Below, one piece after another: positions 1 through 12,379 of a stretch of 64,000 bases of DNA. Source of the DNA: Sphyrna mokarran (Eukaryota); the NCBI GenBank assembly GCA_024679065.1, contig JAGIQG010000016.1, forward strand, positions 44,516,001 through 44,580,000, in the 5' to 3' direction. The notes under the pieces are model-generated. The model searched no databases. It was not told the DNA's origin and saw only the letters and a list, made by a program, of their open reading frames with translations. The translations under genes were made by a program, and so were the position numbers. Position 1 is the stretch's first letter. The number at the start of each line of letters is the position of its first letter.

Positions 1-671
1 TTGGCATAGTTTTTCCAGCTTTAGTGAAGGTAAATAGGCTTTTTAGCTAAGCTTGTCATTTAAGACAAATATCCAACCTAAAAGCCACAATTTCTTTACA
101 ACATTTAGGCCTTATATCAGATTTGTCTAAGTCTGTAACAAATTGATGATTGGGTAGATTGTAAAGTTCATATTGGACACTTTTTGGAATGGTCACAAAT
201 AACTCTTCTTAATAATTATGAGTTACAGGACCCTATTTTAACTGGCAGACTTTATTTTAACTGGCACATCCCTAATCAGAATCAAACTGGGCAGTTAAAA
301 TGGAACGGGAGAATCACCCATTCATTTTCTGTCCTGATCTGATTGCCTGCAATTTAAACTTTCACTCGATAGGCCTCCACCTCATGATTATAAGCCTCCA
401 ATGATAGCATTGACAGTATCTTTGCTCATTCTTGGAAGGATTACTTTTTCAGAAAGTCAAAGTGAGTATGATGAAAACAGAGGATTTATTTCTTATCATA
501 GGTCAAGGTGATCACACTACTTCAGATGAGTTGGAGAATTTTCAGTTTTCTGTATGTCTAATTTATTCAGATGCATTTCAAATTATTGTACCTTTTGTAG
601 GCTTTATTTATTTTAAAATTATGATGTTATATTTACATTTATTCTGTTGAATATGATATCAAACTTATCAC

Positions 672-893
672 AGAATCATAGAGTACCTACAAAGCAGAAG
701 GACACTATTTGGTCCATCAAGTCTGCACATCCTCTGAAGACCCAATCCTAACTCTGATAACCTGCAGCCTCGCACATCCATCATAACTAATACACCTAAT
801 GTACACATTAAGAGCAATTTAGTGTGGTCAATCATCTACCCTGCATGTCTTTGGACTGTGGAAGGAAACTAGAGCACCCGGAGGAAACCCACA
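672..893 (-). mobile_element. Partial HE1-like V-SINE
   Basis: Reverse-complement V-domain (tctttggactgtggaaggaaactagagcacccggaggaaacccacac) plus tail. Confidence 0.8.
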
Positions 894-1800
894 CTATTAT
901 TGCTATTAACATTAACCACTATTAACATTTATCTGTTTTTCAATGCTTCCTCTATTCTATTCATCCATTTAATTCTACAGTAACTTCATATGTAAGTACT
1001 ACTTTAAACAAGTCAGCATTTTTTTAACTAAGTTATTGTACCATTTAAATTGTAATAAAAATTAATCTTGAGAATTATAATGACCTAGATTCCAAAGATT
1101 GCTGTTAGTAATAATAGTTAAAGTTGACAATTTCATTGTCATTGCTACCATAAAATGTAGAAATCCATAAGATGCTGTCAGTAATTCTATGCTTCTCCAT
1201 AGGATGCACAATTGAAGTTCCCACATTGTCTACGATTAATAAAGAAACTGAGTTACTGACAATCTGTCTTTTATGATATTATTCTCATTGTAAAAACTTT
1301 GAAAAAGCTAACATTTTATTGTGAGGTGAATCTGGCACTTTAATGGTATACTTAGTTCATAAGTCATGCTGAACAGCCTTGCTGACTGAAAAACAAATTT
1401 GATTTTTGTGAAATATTAAATTACGATAAAATCAGATATTTAAAATAATGTTTTAAATGTTTATGATTTTTCATTGTAATCTCGAGTATGTCGCAATCAT
1501 TTTTATTCAGCTCTGTAACATTTGCTTAAGAGTGAAGAATAGTCAGTGCATGCACTTCTGAGGTTTTCTGTCTATGAGAAGTGATTGACTGCTTCAGTAT
1601 GATTGACTGCTTAATGACATCCCTATTGCCAGATGCCTGGGGATCCTCCTTGGTGCCTGATTCAAACTTACTTTGAAAAGAGAGAACCCATGTCCCTGAG
1701 AACATCAAATCTCTGTGGGCAGTTTCTTTTGAGGTCAGTGATGAGTGCTGCGAAATCCAGGCTACAGAGTTTACAACACAGAAAATGGCCATTGAACGCA

Positions 1801-2500
1801 AAATCACAGAATTGTTACAGTGCAGAAGAAGGCCATTTGGGCCATCATGTCTGCACTGGCTCTCCAAATGAATATCGTAACTCAGTGCCATTTCCCTGCC
1901 TTTTCATTATTTCTATTCAATAAATCATGTAACTCCCTCTTAAATGTCTGGATTGAACCCACCTCTACCATACTTCCAGATAACACATTCAAAACTCGAA
2001 TCAATTGTTGCATGAAAAAGTTTTTTCTCACATCACATTTGCTTCTTTTGCAAATCACTTTAGCCTTTGCCCTCTTGTTTGTGATCCTTTTACGAGCAAG
2101 AACAGTTCCTCCCTATCTGCACTGTTAAGCCCACTCATGATTTTGAACAACTATCAAATTTTCTCTCCAAGGAAAACAGACCCAACCTTTCCAATCTATC
2201 CTCACAACTGAAGTTTCTCAGTTTGAAATCGTATTTGTAAACCTCCTGCACTCTCTCCAATGTGTTCGCATCCTTCCCATTTGATGGAATTACACACAAT
2301 TACATTTGGAACTAGCACGCAATATTCTAACCGAGATCTAACAAGTATCTTGTATAAGTTCGCATAACCTCCTTGCTCTTGTACTCTATGCATCTGTTAA
2401 TAAACCCAAGATACCATATACTTTATTAACTGTTATCTCTACCTTTCCTATCATCTTCAATAATATGCACGTATCAGCACCCATTTACGAATGTTACCCT
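1801..2500 (-). mobile_element. Degraded CR1 LINE 3' fragment
   Basis: Minus-strand LYKILVRSRLEYCV motif and CR1/HE1-type tail (revcomp of ...gggccaaatggccttcttctgcactgtaacaattctgtgattt). Confidence 0.8.
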
Positions 2501-3751
2501 TTATTTCATGTCTCGAGACACATCTCGTCATGCTTCCACAAAATTCTGTCAAAATATTAATCTTACCCAAACATATAGGTGTCTATTTCCTGCTGTCTCA
2601 TATACTTATCTAGCTTTTCCTTACATATATCCATATAGTTTGCCTCAACTGTGTGGATATGGTACTGAGGTCTAACCATAAAGTTTTTCTCCTGAATTCC
2701 CTATTTAGTTTATAAATGAGTGTTTTGTATTTATGATCCCTAGTTTTGGGCTCATACTTAGAAACATGTGGGAGATTGGTTTTGGTGGGGCAAGAATGGC
2801 ATGTGATGGAGAATCCACTGAGAGTCCTCAAATGGCTTTTACACTGGTGGGATTTCCTGTTCTGCCCCACGACCCACAAAAATGACCCAATGGTGCTCCT
2901 GCCATGGAAGTTGTTGTACATTTAAATATCATTAGCATGCTCCCCCACTGCATTATCCCACTGAAAGGCTTGCCTCTCTCTCCCCCCCGCCCCCACTTCC
3001 TTCCACCAATATGAAGTCACAAGAGTGGGGTTTACAACTGCTTTCGACAAACAAGGACTTAGCGATAAGTGCAGCCTGCAGGAGGAGAGGGGTATGCATG
3101 GGCCTTGTCAGTGCCAGAGACCAGTGCTGGGGATTGGCTTCTGTTGGGGAAATTTGAGGTTGAAGATGGGTATCTGTGAGGAAAGGGGTTCTGTTTACAG
3201 GGCAGAGGGTGTGATCCTTTGTTTAATTTTATTTTCAAATCAGGGTGCCCTTTGAGATGGATGCTTTGATGTGTCAGGGTGGAGGTTGTTGGTGGGATGG
3301 GCTCATCCAGTATGATGTTGTGTGTCCTATCCTTTTCCCTTTGTTTCAAAGTTGTTGAAAATTTGGCAAGGTTGCTGTGAACTACTTTCTGCTTTTCCTG
3401 CCTGAGACAACACTTTGAAAACAATTGATAAAATTTTGCCCATTATCTCTACATCAACCATATCAAATTACTTTCATTTCAAATACATCTATTAAGTCAA
3501 CATTCTCTTTTCTATAAAAAAGAATGCTGAGGCCATTCAATTTTTCATTATGCCTCTAATCTTTCAGTCCTGGTTTCAATTTGCAAATCTTTGTAATGTA
3601 CTTTCTGCAATGCATCCATATCCTACATGGAGATCAAACTGTGACAGTACTTTTGAAGCATGTTATATTAAGGATTTTAAATTCAATAGAATGTCTTTTC
3701 TTTAAAAGGCACTTCTCACTTTTGGGTTAAAGATAAATCTTGCATTTACAT

Positions 3752-3886
3752 AGTAAGAAGTCTCACAACACCAGGTTAAAGTCCAACAGGTTTATTTGGT
3801 ATCACAAGTGCTGCTCTTTGTGCCCTTCATCACTTACCTGATGAAGAAGCAGCAACCACCTCAGTCCAACCCTGGCACCTCCACAG
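3752..3886. mobile_element. Penelope-like mini-element with TSD
   Basis: agtaagaagtctcacaacaccaggttaaagtccaacaggtttatttgg...cttcatca...cctgatgaag...cagtccaaccctggcacctccaca, flanked by cttgcattta[c/t]atag at 3739-3753 and 3887-3901. Inserted in what looks like the end of a reverse Deu-SINE. Confidence 0.8.
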
Positions 3887-4105
3887 CTTGCATTTATATA
3901 GCTCTCTCAGGGTGTGTAACTCCATAGATAATGAATGATTCACTTCTGAAGTGTTAAGTAAGCAAGAATTCACAACCAGCAATGAGGGTCATGACCAGAC
4001 ATCATTCTTAGCTATGAGTTATCTATTTAGATGATTTTCACTAGTCTGGGGATAATTTTTGGGGCTACCTATTAATGAGTATTTATTTTCTTATTGCATC
4101 CCCAG

Positions 4106-4916
4106 GTACATACCAGGGCCAGTTTACAGGAGGGATGCGCCATGGATATGGAGTGCGCCAAAGTGTTCCGTATGGGATGGCCACCATGATCCGCTCACCC
4201 CTACGCACCTCACTTACCTCCCTCCGCAGTGAGCACAGTAACGGGACCGTGCTGCAACTGGAGCCACCAGCTGACTCGCTGGCCTTGGCCACCCCATCTG
4301 TCGCTGCTGCCTCAGCTTCTGCCTCCACCATCGGGCCAAGTCGTGGTGGTTTTGCCCTGAGTCTCCACAGTGCTGGTGATGCTGAGCAGAAGCCTAAGAA
4401 GAAGGGTCTATTCCGGCGAGGATCACTGCTGGGTAAGCTGAGAAAGAGCGAGTCCAAGAGTTCACTATCTAGCCAAAGGAGCAAGCTCAGCTTCCTCAAG
4501 AGTGATGCCGGCCTCAGCTCAGCTGCCAGTGACGCCAACTCCACTGTCAGTCTGGGTGAAGGCGGTGATGACTTCCCACCTGTTGAATCTGATATCGATG
4601 CCACCACCACTGAAAGTTACATGGGCGAATGGAAGAATGACAAGCGCTCAGGATATGGGGTCAGTGAGAGGTCAAGTGGCCTCAAGTATGAGGGCGAGTG
4701 GCATGACAACCTGAGGCACGGCTATGGCTGCACCACCTTCCCAGATGGCCATAAGGAAGAGGGCAAATACAAAAACAATGTGCTGGTAAAGGGCAAGAAG
4801 AAGCACCTGATACCGCTGAGGACCAACAAGCTGAGGGAGAAGGTGGAAAGGAGTATGGAAGGGGCACAAAGGGCAGCAGCTATTGCTCGGCAGAAGTCAG
4901 AGATCGCTTTGTCCAG
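4106..4916 (+). CDS. JPH2: Junctophilin-2 coding exon 2 (MORN VI, joining region, MORN VII-VIII, start of alpha-helical domain)
   Basis: Translates as [26 protein letters not shown]...RSEHSNGTV...RGGFALSL...[60 protein letters not shown]...[20 protein letters not shown]. Acceptor ttgcatccccag|GT at 4105/4106 (phase 1) and donor CAG|gtaagc at 4916/4917 (phase 2) match the recalled junctophilin exon 2 structure. [24 protein letters not shown] and [11 protein letters not shown] favour JPH2 over JPH1/3. Confidence 0.95.
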
Positions 4917-5197
4917 GTAAGCAAGTCTGAAACATTTGCAGTTTAGAAATCAATTTTGGAACAATAGAGGAAAATAGGTGATATTGAATTAACTGGCCAT
5001 CATAAGGAACTTCTGATAGTACAGTCAAAATTCGTGCAGACAATCTGATAGCACCCATTTTGCACCACTGCCCAAGATCAATTTCTACCTTTGGTTCCAA
5101 TTTTGGGGAAGGGAAATTGGACTACCGATCACTGACATAAGAATCAAACAGTAATGCTGAAGAATACCATTGAAATAAGTAACTCAGTAAATAAATG

Positions 5198-5402
5198 GAT
5201 TTCCTCTGGGGCCTCCAGTTTCCTCCCACAGTTCAAAGATGTGTGGGTTAGCTTGACTGGCCATGCTAAATTGACCCTACTGTCGGGCATTAGCGAATAA
5301 ATATGTGGGATTACAGGATTTGGACCTGGGTGGATTGCGGTCCGTGCAGACTTGATGAGGTAAATGGCCTACTTCTGCACTGTTGGAATTCTATGATTCT
5401 AT
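5198..5402 (+). mobile_element. Partial HE1-like V-SINE
   Basis: tttcctcccacagttcaaagatgtgtgggttag...ggccatgctaaattg...aatggcctacttctgcactgttggaattctatg. Confidence 0.8.
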
Positions 5403-5769
5403 TCTCTGACTTCCCAACTGAGCTGTGGTGTTGCCAGCGTTTGAGAATGATAAGTGATCAGAAGCTCAGTGAGAATATCATGGGTAAGAAATGTGAGTGC
5501 TTGGTCCATAGGAGCCCAAATGTTCTCTGTGGGGCCAGGAAGTGCAGGTAGATCTATTAAACAGAATTCCTCCTGAACATTTCTTTAAATATGGAAGCAA
5601 GTACCAGTTCAGTCAGCATTTAAAATGCCGTTGGGATTCTAATGAACTAACAGGACAGTTGGCTTCTGTTATTGATTATGCAGCCACCTATAGCAAAATG
5701 TTCAGTTAAAGTGGTGACATACAGGAATCGAGTGGGAACAGGACAATATGTTTTTGGAGACAGGTTGAG

Positions 5770-6600
5770 TAAAGCTATTTCTGATATTTCCTATTTGACT
5801 TCCTCTACCTTGTCTCACCTTCCTGTTAAATTCTGCACTTCTTTAGTCACTGATACTGGTCTGAATTTCATTCAGTTGCTATTCTATTCTTTCCATTACT
5901 ATAAACAGGTTGTTCCTCCCTGGGCATTATCTTATACATCTTTCTCACTGCTCTGTCTTGCTTCTCTGTAATATGACTGATATTCCTGTCATCTACCCAT
6001 TCCTTTTCTGGTGCAGCTATTTATTTTGGTTTATCTCTCCAGGACTGAATTGGATCTCTGTCAACTTCCTTCTCAAGTGGGATTTTATATCACTGTCAGA
6101 TGCCTGGCCATCTCTTTTGCTGCTTCTCTTGCACAGCTATTTGCCCTTCTTGCCCTATGTTCACTAAATATGTATTTATCATCTTTCTGTTTCTCTCCTC
6201 TGTATTCTGTGCTTCTATTCATTTGTCTGCTTCTGTTAAAATTTCTTAATTGTGCCTGTTTTCGTTATTCTATTTCTTTCTTTGACATATCTAATTGCTT
6301 TTGTTCTCTTACTGAATTGCTTTGTCCGTCCCTTTTGCTACATGCATTTCCCTTTTAAATACCGCTTTTCAATCTCAGATGTCTGTTTGTCTCTTCCATA
6401 TCTTGAGGCTCTGATTTCTCTCTTAAATATTATGATCTGTTGCTTGTTTGTTTCATCCTTGTATCTTCCATCTATCCTTTCCTTTCAGCTCTTCAATGCC
6501 CACCATGTCATTATTCACAGCTTATTGATTTCCTGCCGCTAAATATTTCTTGTTTATTTAACACTGACTGATCTTTCTTCTTCTTCCTATTTTATTTGGC
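5770..6600. repeat. Pyrimidine-rich low-complexity tract
   Basis: About 800 bp with strong T/C bias on the + strand, producing overlapping Leu/Phe/Ser-rich spurious ORFs. Confidence 0.7.
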
Positions 6601-9065
6601 ACCATAATAACATTGCATTACATCACATCAAGTTATTCAGTCAATATAGTTGCCAAAACCAACTTGACTCTTAGTAATTAGTACGTTGGAACCAACATGT
6701 ACATCTGAAGTACTAACATAATGTCCAACAGAAAGTTTGGATGAGGTTTTACATTTTCTTATATTTTCTTCTCACTGTTCCTAAGCAGAAGCACAAGATG
6801 GATGCTAAACCTTTGCCAAAAGTGAAGGATGGAAAATTACAGTAATTGTTAACTTAGCTAATCTCACTTTCTAATGACAAAATACAGAGTACCTTTGATA
6901 GAACAGGTTGCTTGTTCTACTCCCAAACAGAGGATTGTGCTTAATGGGGATAAACCTCAAAAATATACTGTAGGAATGAATACAAAATAAATTCAAAGTG
7001 AAAATTTAGAAAAAGTAAACTGAGTCTAACATTTTACCTACCATCACTGGTTGACCTGATACTTTCTGTATACTTTTAAGGAGCAATTTTATAAAGTTGC
7101 CAGGACTTCCAGTATAACACTTGAGCATTTTTAAGTAAACCTAATATTTCACAAAATTAGTTGGTACTTAATGCAAAGTTAAGAATTTAAGAGACTACTT
7201 TCTTGTGTTTGTCTCACTTCAGTGCAATGAAAGAATTTTGTTATATTAAGCTGCTGGTCCATTGAAAAGTTTATGAATGTGCTTATGGAAGTAAATTTTC
7301 AATGGAAACTTGAAACCAAACCTAGCTAATGCATTCCCTGTGTATTTTGAGGTAATTTCCTGATTGCACACATCAATCCCCTCCCCAGTCCTCCCTATCT
7401 CTTTGATGAATGTGTTTACTTGTTCTTGGCTTTACCTTTGTCACAATCTGTGCGGGAAAATCATAACCAAAATGACCAACTTTGTCAAACAATTCCCAAA
7501 ATAAAGTAATTGTCAACAAGGGGGCAAATTTGACCTCCTTGGGACTAAGACTCATTTGGGGTGGCATTGGGAGGGGAGGGGAAAGTAGGGATAGAGAGCC
7601 GGATAATGGAATGTTATCCACTATGGAGGCCAGCAGGAAAACACGTTAAATCCTCTGTCCCAATCTCATTGAATATGCACTCAGGTCTTTTGCGCCGTAT
7701 TCTGTGACAGGGCAGACCTGATTCCTTCAAATAAAATATAAATTTAATTTTAAATTGTTGATTCAACAGAGATATTCATACACAAACACAAGTATCCCAC
7801 CCACATCCCCACAGACATATGGCACCATGTGCATCCAAAATTCTCTAAGTCAGCCTATGGTATGTAGGATCTCTTATGCTCCCACTCAATCAATGTGACC
7901 CCAGAGTTACATTCATCAGCAGCTGCAATCCATCCCTAGTCCCCATAGAAGGTCAGCACCCAAATGGTACATTTCTTCAAAACCTCTAGCTGGGTCCATG
8001 ACATTCTTGATGGCACAAATTCCCTAGCGATTCCTTTAGCTATTTCTTTTAATAAAACCTCATTTATCAGTCTAGTTGGCTGTGGTAAAATTGAAGCATA
8101 GCAGTGGAATTATCCAATTCACAATCCCTGCTCTAACCATGATTTTTGTTCTATTCTTTTTAACTGTATTACACACACAACTCCATGTGTGTCCTCTCTG
8201 TTCTACTTTACAGTTTATTTGCCTCTGGCTTCATGACATCTGTAACTTAACTTTGTATTGCTTGCTTCAGGTCAAGGCTCACCTCTGAACCAGTACTTCT
8301 TACTAGTCAAGAAAATTATAATTGATTGCTCTACAATTGATGCAAACTTTTAAAATCCTTTTCAAACTTTCTTAAAAACAATTCCAGATTCCCTAGACAT
8401 TTTAAAGAAATTATAATGTTTCTTACAGTTTTAGTTAAAGAGTCATAATACCTTTGTTTCGGATTATTTCTAGCTACAAAAATCAATTGGTTTATTGCAA
8501 TTTTTTGTCTTAAGGTCTGGGCAAGCACTGTCTCATAGTCATCTGTTCTGACTTCAGAGTCCCTAGCCATTGAGGATGGCTGGGGTTTCGGGATTGTGGG
8601 TGACCAGGATGTCAACTTTCTCCCCTCCAGAAAGTGAAGGCACATTTCACTGCTGTCCAAATGAGTGGAAGATATCCTAGCAAATGTGCGTGGGATGAAA
8701 TAATTTACAATCATTGTATTGGTTGTAGACCTAGCCTGTCTGATTTCATTATGTATATTCATTGTGTATAGCGTGGGGCCTTGCTTTTAAACTTGTGCAC
8801 ATTGATATTGATACATAAACTGGTACATTAAAACAACGTTATGTCATTTTTGCATGTAAACCAAAATGTTCTTTTTTCAACAAAAAGCAATAGCAAACTT
8901 ATTGCAGCAATAATGAGCTGATCGAAAATTGACAATGCTAAATTTTAACTTTCTGAATGGGCCTTTAAGTCAAAAGTAATATAACTGCGCTGGCAATTTT
9001 GCATAAACATTTTTAAAAATCACATATGGTCGTAAATGTGTGTTACCTTCAGCAATGTAAGTCCA

Positions 9066-9400
9066 TAGGGGGATTTCTTCCATCACATCTGCCATGGGAA
9101 TCAGGTGGGGGGAGAGGTATTAGGGCAGACTATGCAAAGGTCCATTGACCTTGGGCAGGATTTTCTGGTTTTGAGGTGCGTGCGGTCGGAAAATCCTGCT
9201 CACATTTTTATTTTCGGTATGAAGAAGTACAGTGGTAGAGTTTACTAGAATAGTTAGAAAGCAGATGCAATGAGATCGAAGATAGGGGGTGGAATTTTCC
9301 CATCTCGTCGGCCATGGGAATCAGAGCAGGCAGAGAGAGCAGACCATGCAAAGACCTGTTGACCAGGCAGGTTTTCCGTTTTGGGGCAAGCGTGGTGTTA
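9066..9400. mobile_element. Two adjacent copies of a short (~140 bp) MITE
   Basis: 9066-9201 and 9285-9395 share gccatgggaatcag...cagac(c/t)atgcaaag..c..ttgacc..ggcagg.tttt with GG(A)ATTTT/AAAATCC termini. Related copies at ~25329-25432 (inverted), ~32338-32460 and ~47893-48040 (inverted). Confidence 0.7.
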
Positions 9401-11451
9401 TAATAAGTCAGGCACCAATTATTATCTTCCACTTCAGTCCCTATATATCCTATCACCATTTTCTTTAACCAGTGGATAAGCATATTTTTGGCGCAGACTT
9501 CAGCATGATCACTGTAATATCTCTCCAAGAGGAGAGTGGGGAAGGTCTGCGGTTTCTTTGCAATCAGTGTTTAGCTTATGTGATATTTCTCTGTTATCTA
9601 TGCTGAGAATCTTGGAACCAATCAGAAACAAACATAAAAATATTCCACATATCACTCTCGGATCTAGTGCAGTTCTATCAGAAAAGCTACAAGGCAATAG
9701 ACGAGTACAGTTTATTTGGCAATTAAAAAAGTTTGTTCTTAATTCTTCTTGCAATGAGTAATAGAGTTATGTGAGATCTATCTTGTTTTACAACATCCAT
9801 CCTGGCTTGTTTGTAAGAACCACTTAGATGCTTCCAATGACCAAAATAAGGCAAGAGCTTTTATCCACAGACACTCAGAGATGATATTGGCAAGATCATG
9901 AAATGAAGTGTTTGTAGGAATTGTTCATTAATTTAGAAGAAAAACTTAACTGTTTAGATAGATGGCTACGCTGAATTAGTCATACGTTTCCTTGGTTACT
10001 ATTCACAACAGATCAAGCTTGAATGATTTAAAATGCAAAATCAGAACTATATTGTTTTCTTGAAAATTATGAGCTGGGGAAGATCGTATAGTTAGTCCAT
10101 CTGCTATAGCTTGTTTTGTGTGTTGCCACCAATTCCATAAGAGGAATTTTAATTCCATCCAGCCAGTTAGTGCCAGATGGAATGAGACTTAAAATCCAAG
10201 TGGTGGATTTATCACTCTTTCCACCCCAGTACCATTTAACAGAACTTCCTTGAATAAACATAAATGAAGATTCAATGATGCCATTGAGACCCAGATGCAA
10301 TTTTAAGTGCCAGTGAGCAGATGCACTGCTCAATAAAACTTGGCATGTACCAAGTGGATGTCTTGTCAGGTATGTTTAAACCTTAACTTTTCATGAATTC
10401 AAGAAGATAGAGTGCTTTTCCAGGCCCTGTGAACAGTATTTGGGGAACTTCTTAACCACAATACACTCCTCTCAATTTGCCTGACTGCCAGCCTGCTGGC
10501 CTTTGGGAGGCCCCAACTTTGACAAGCCAATCTAACCAACTGTCTCTGAATGTCCATTTTGGACAGGCAGCTGGTTGCTGGAATGGTGTCAAAGAACAGC
10601 CATTAAAATTATGTCCCACTGGTTTCCTGCCTGGGAGTTAAAATTCTCCTTCACATACTAGAAGCTGATTTGAAGACTGAAAGTGCCCTCTGTTTAATTT
10701 CACCCGTCAGAATTCAAATTATTTATTTGTACCATGGAGCACATTTTAAAATGGGCTTCTCCGTTTTTAGCCAGAGTTGCAGTTTTATTGTTGTGACATT
10801 TATACGTGAAGTGTAAAATCTGTATTGCACATTTTCTCTGACACAAAGCTCCTGATCATTCCCCTCCTGCTATGTCACCCGAAAATCAAACAACTCTTTG
10901 AAATGCCACATTTCATCTCTAAATGCAACAATTGAGCTGCAAAGAATTGATTACAATATGTAATAATTTTAAAAACTGCCATTTCAAGATTACTTCAATC
11001 TTGAACTCAATTTTGCATTTGAGAAAATAATTAAAATTTATTGAGGTCCATGCAACTTGAAAGAGTAAGTGGATCTGAGCTGATAACTTTTAGAAATTCA
11101 AATTTCTGGTGCCTTATATAGTGACATTGGTACTACATTGGCCAATAATGACATCAGTGTGTCTATGCTATTTTAATGAACAAAAATAATGATCAGATTG
11201 TTGTCTGTGGATTACGGCATTGCTAAGTAGTACCACTGTTAGTTTAAGAAGTGCACAAACAAAATATGCATTTTAAATGTTGCAACTACACTAGAACCCT
11301 GAGAATTAATTTCTGATAAAACTTTGGCTTTAGTATTATTTAAAAAGATCTAGCAGTTCACATTTTTTAAAAGGAATAGTTTCTCAAACTTTTGTAGGTC
11401 AGCAGCAACACAACTCTACCACAATGCTAAGAGAATTGACAACGTATGTTG

Positions 11452-12379
11452 AGTTTATTATATACATATATGAAAATGATTTGGAAATAAACATAGCTGG
11501 TCTGATTAGCAAGTTTACGGATGATAGTAAGATTTCTGGAGTTGCGGACAGTGATGAAGATTGTCAGAGAATACAATCTCTGACAATCAGGATATAGATA
11601 GGGTGGAAATTGGGCGGAGGAATGACAGATGGAATTTAATCCAGACAAATGCGAAGTGACGCATTTTGTTAGATCCAGTTCAGATGGGAGCTATAAAAAA
11701 ATGGCAGATTCATCAGGAGCAGAGACATACAGAGAGATGTGGGAGCACAGATCCTTAAAAGTGACAGCACATGTGGAAAAGGTGATGAAGTAAACATATT
11801 GCATGCTTGCCTTCCTGGGCTAATGCATTGAGTAAATTATATTATAGCTATATAAAATCCTGGTTAGGCTATATTTGGAATGTGTCCAATTCTGGTCACC
11901 ACCCTACCAGAAAGATGGAGAGGCTTTGGAGGGAGTACAGAAAAGATTTACTAGGATGTTGCCCAGTATGGAGGGGATTAGCTATGAGGAGAGATTGAAT
12001 AAACTGGAATTGCTGTCCCTGCAAAGACAATGAAGGCTGACCTAATAGAAGTTTATAAAATGATGAGAGGCATAGATAAGTTGAACAGTTAGAAGCTTTC
12101 TTCCAGGGCAGAAATGACAATTACAAGGCGGCACAAGTTCAAGATAAGGGGGGAGAGGTTGATGCGTAGAGGAAATTTTTTACACAAAGAGTGATGGGGG
12201 CCTGGAACACACTACCAAGTGAGGTGGTTGAGACAGACACAATTTAAGACTTATCTGGATAGACACGTGAACAGGAGGGGAATAGAGGCACACAGGCAGT
12301 TGATCTTGTTAGGACAACATGTCGGCGCAGGCTTGGTGGGCTTAAGGAACTATTTCTGTGCTGTACTGTTCTTTGTTTC
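11452..12379 (+). mobile_element. 5'-truncated CR1 LINE fragment (different subfamily, short 3' UTR)
   Basis: NDLE...LISKFTDDSKI, WQMEFNPDKCEV.HF and a degenerate LE.CVQFWSP, with tail ...tgtgctgtactgttctttg. Confidence 0.9.

Noticed and set aside
225-270. Short tandem duplications (attttaactggca x2; also ~897-930, ~1582-1612, ~25855-25878)
   Set aside because: Ordinary slippage-type micro-duplications with no further structure.
4075-4105. ATG start of the 281-aa ORF ([10 protein letters not shown])
   Set aside because: This is the intronic polypyrimidine tract and acceptor. JPH homology starts at 4106, and the terminal TAA is part of the gtaag donor.
4083-4610. 175-aa antisense ORF over exon 2
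   Set aside because: A shadow ORF of a GC-rich coding exon with no recognisable motif.
5672-6542. Cluster of hydrophobic membrane-protein-like ORFs
   Set aside because: Artefact of T/C-rich low complexity, which yields few stop codons.
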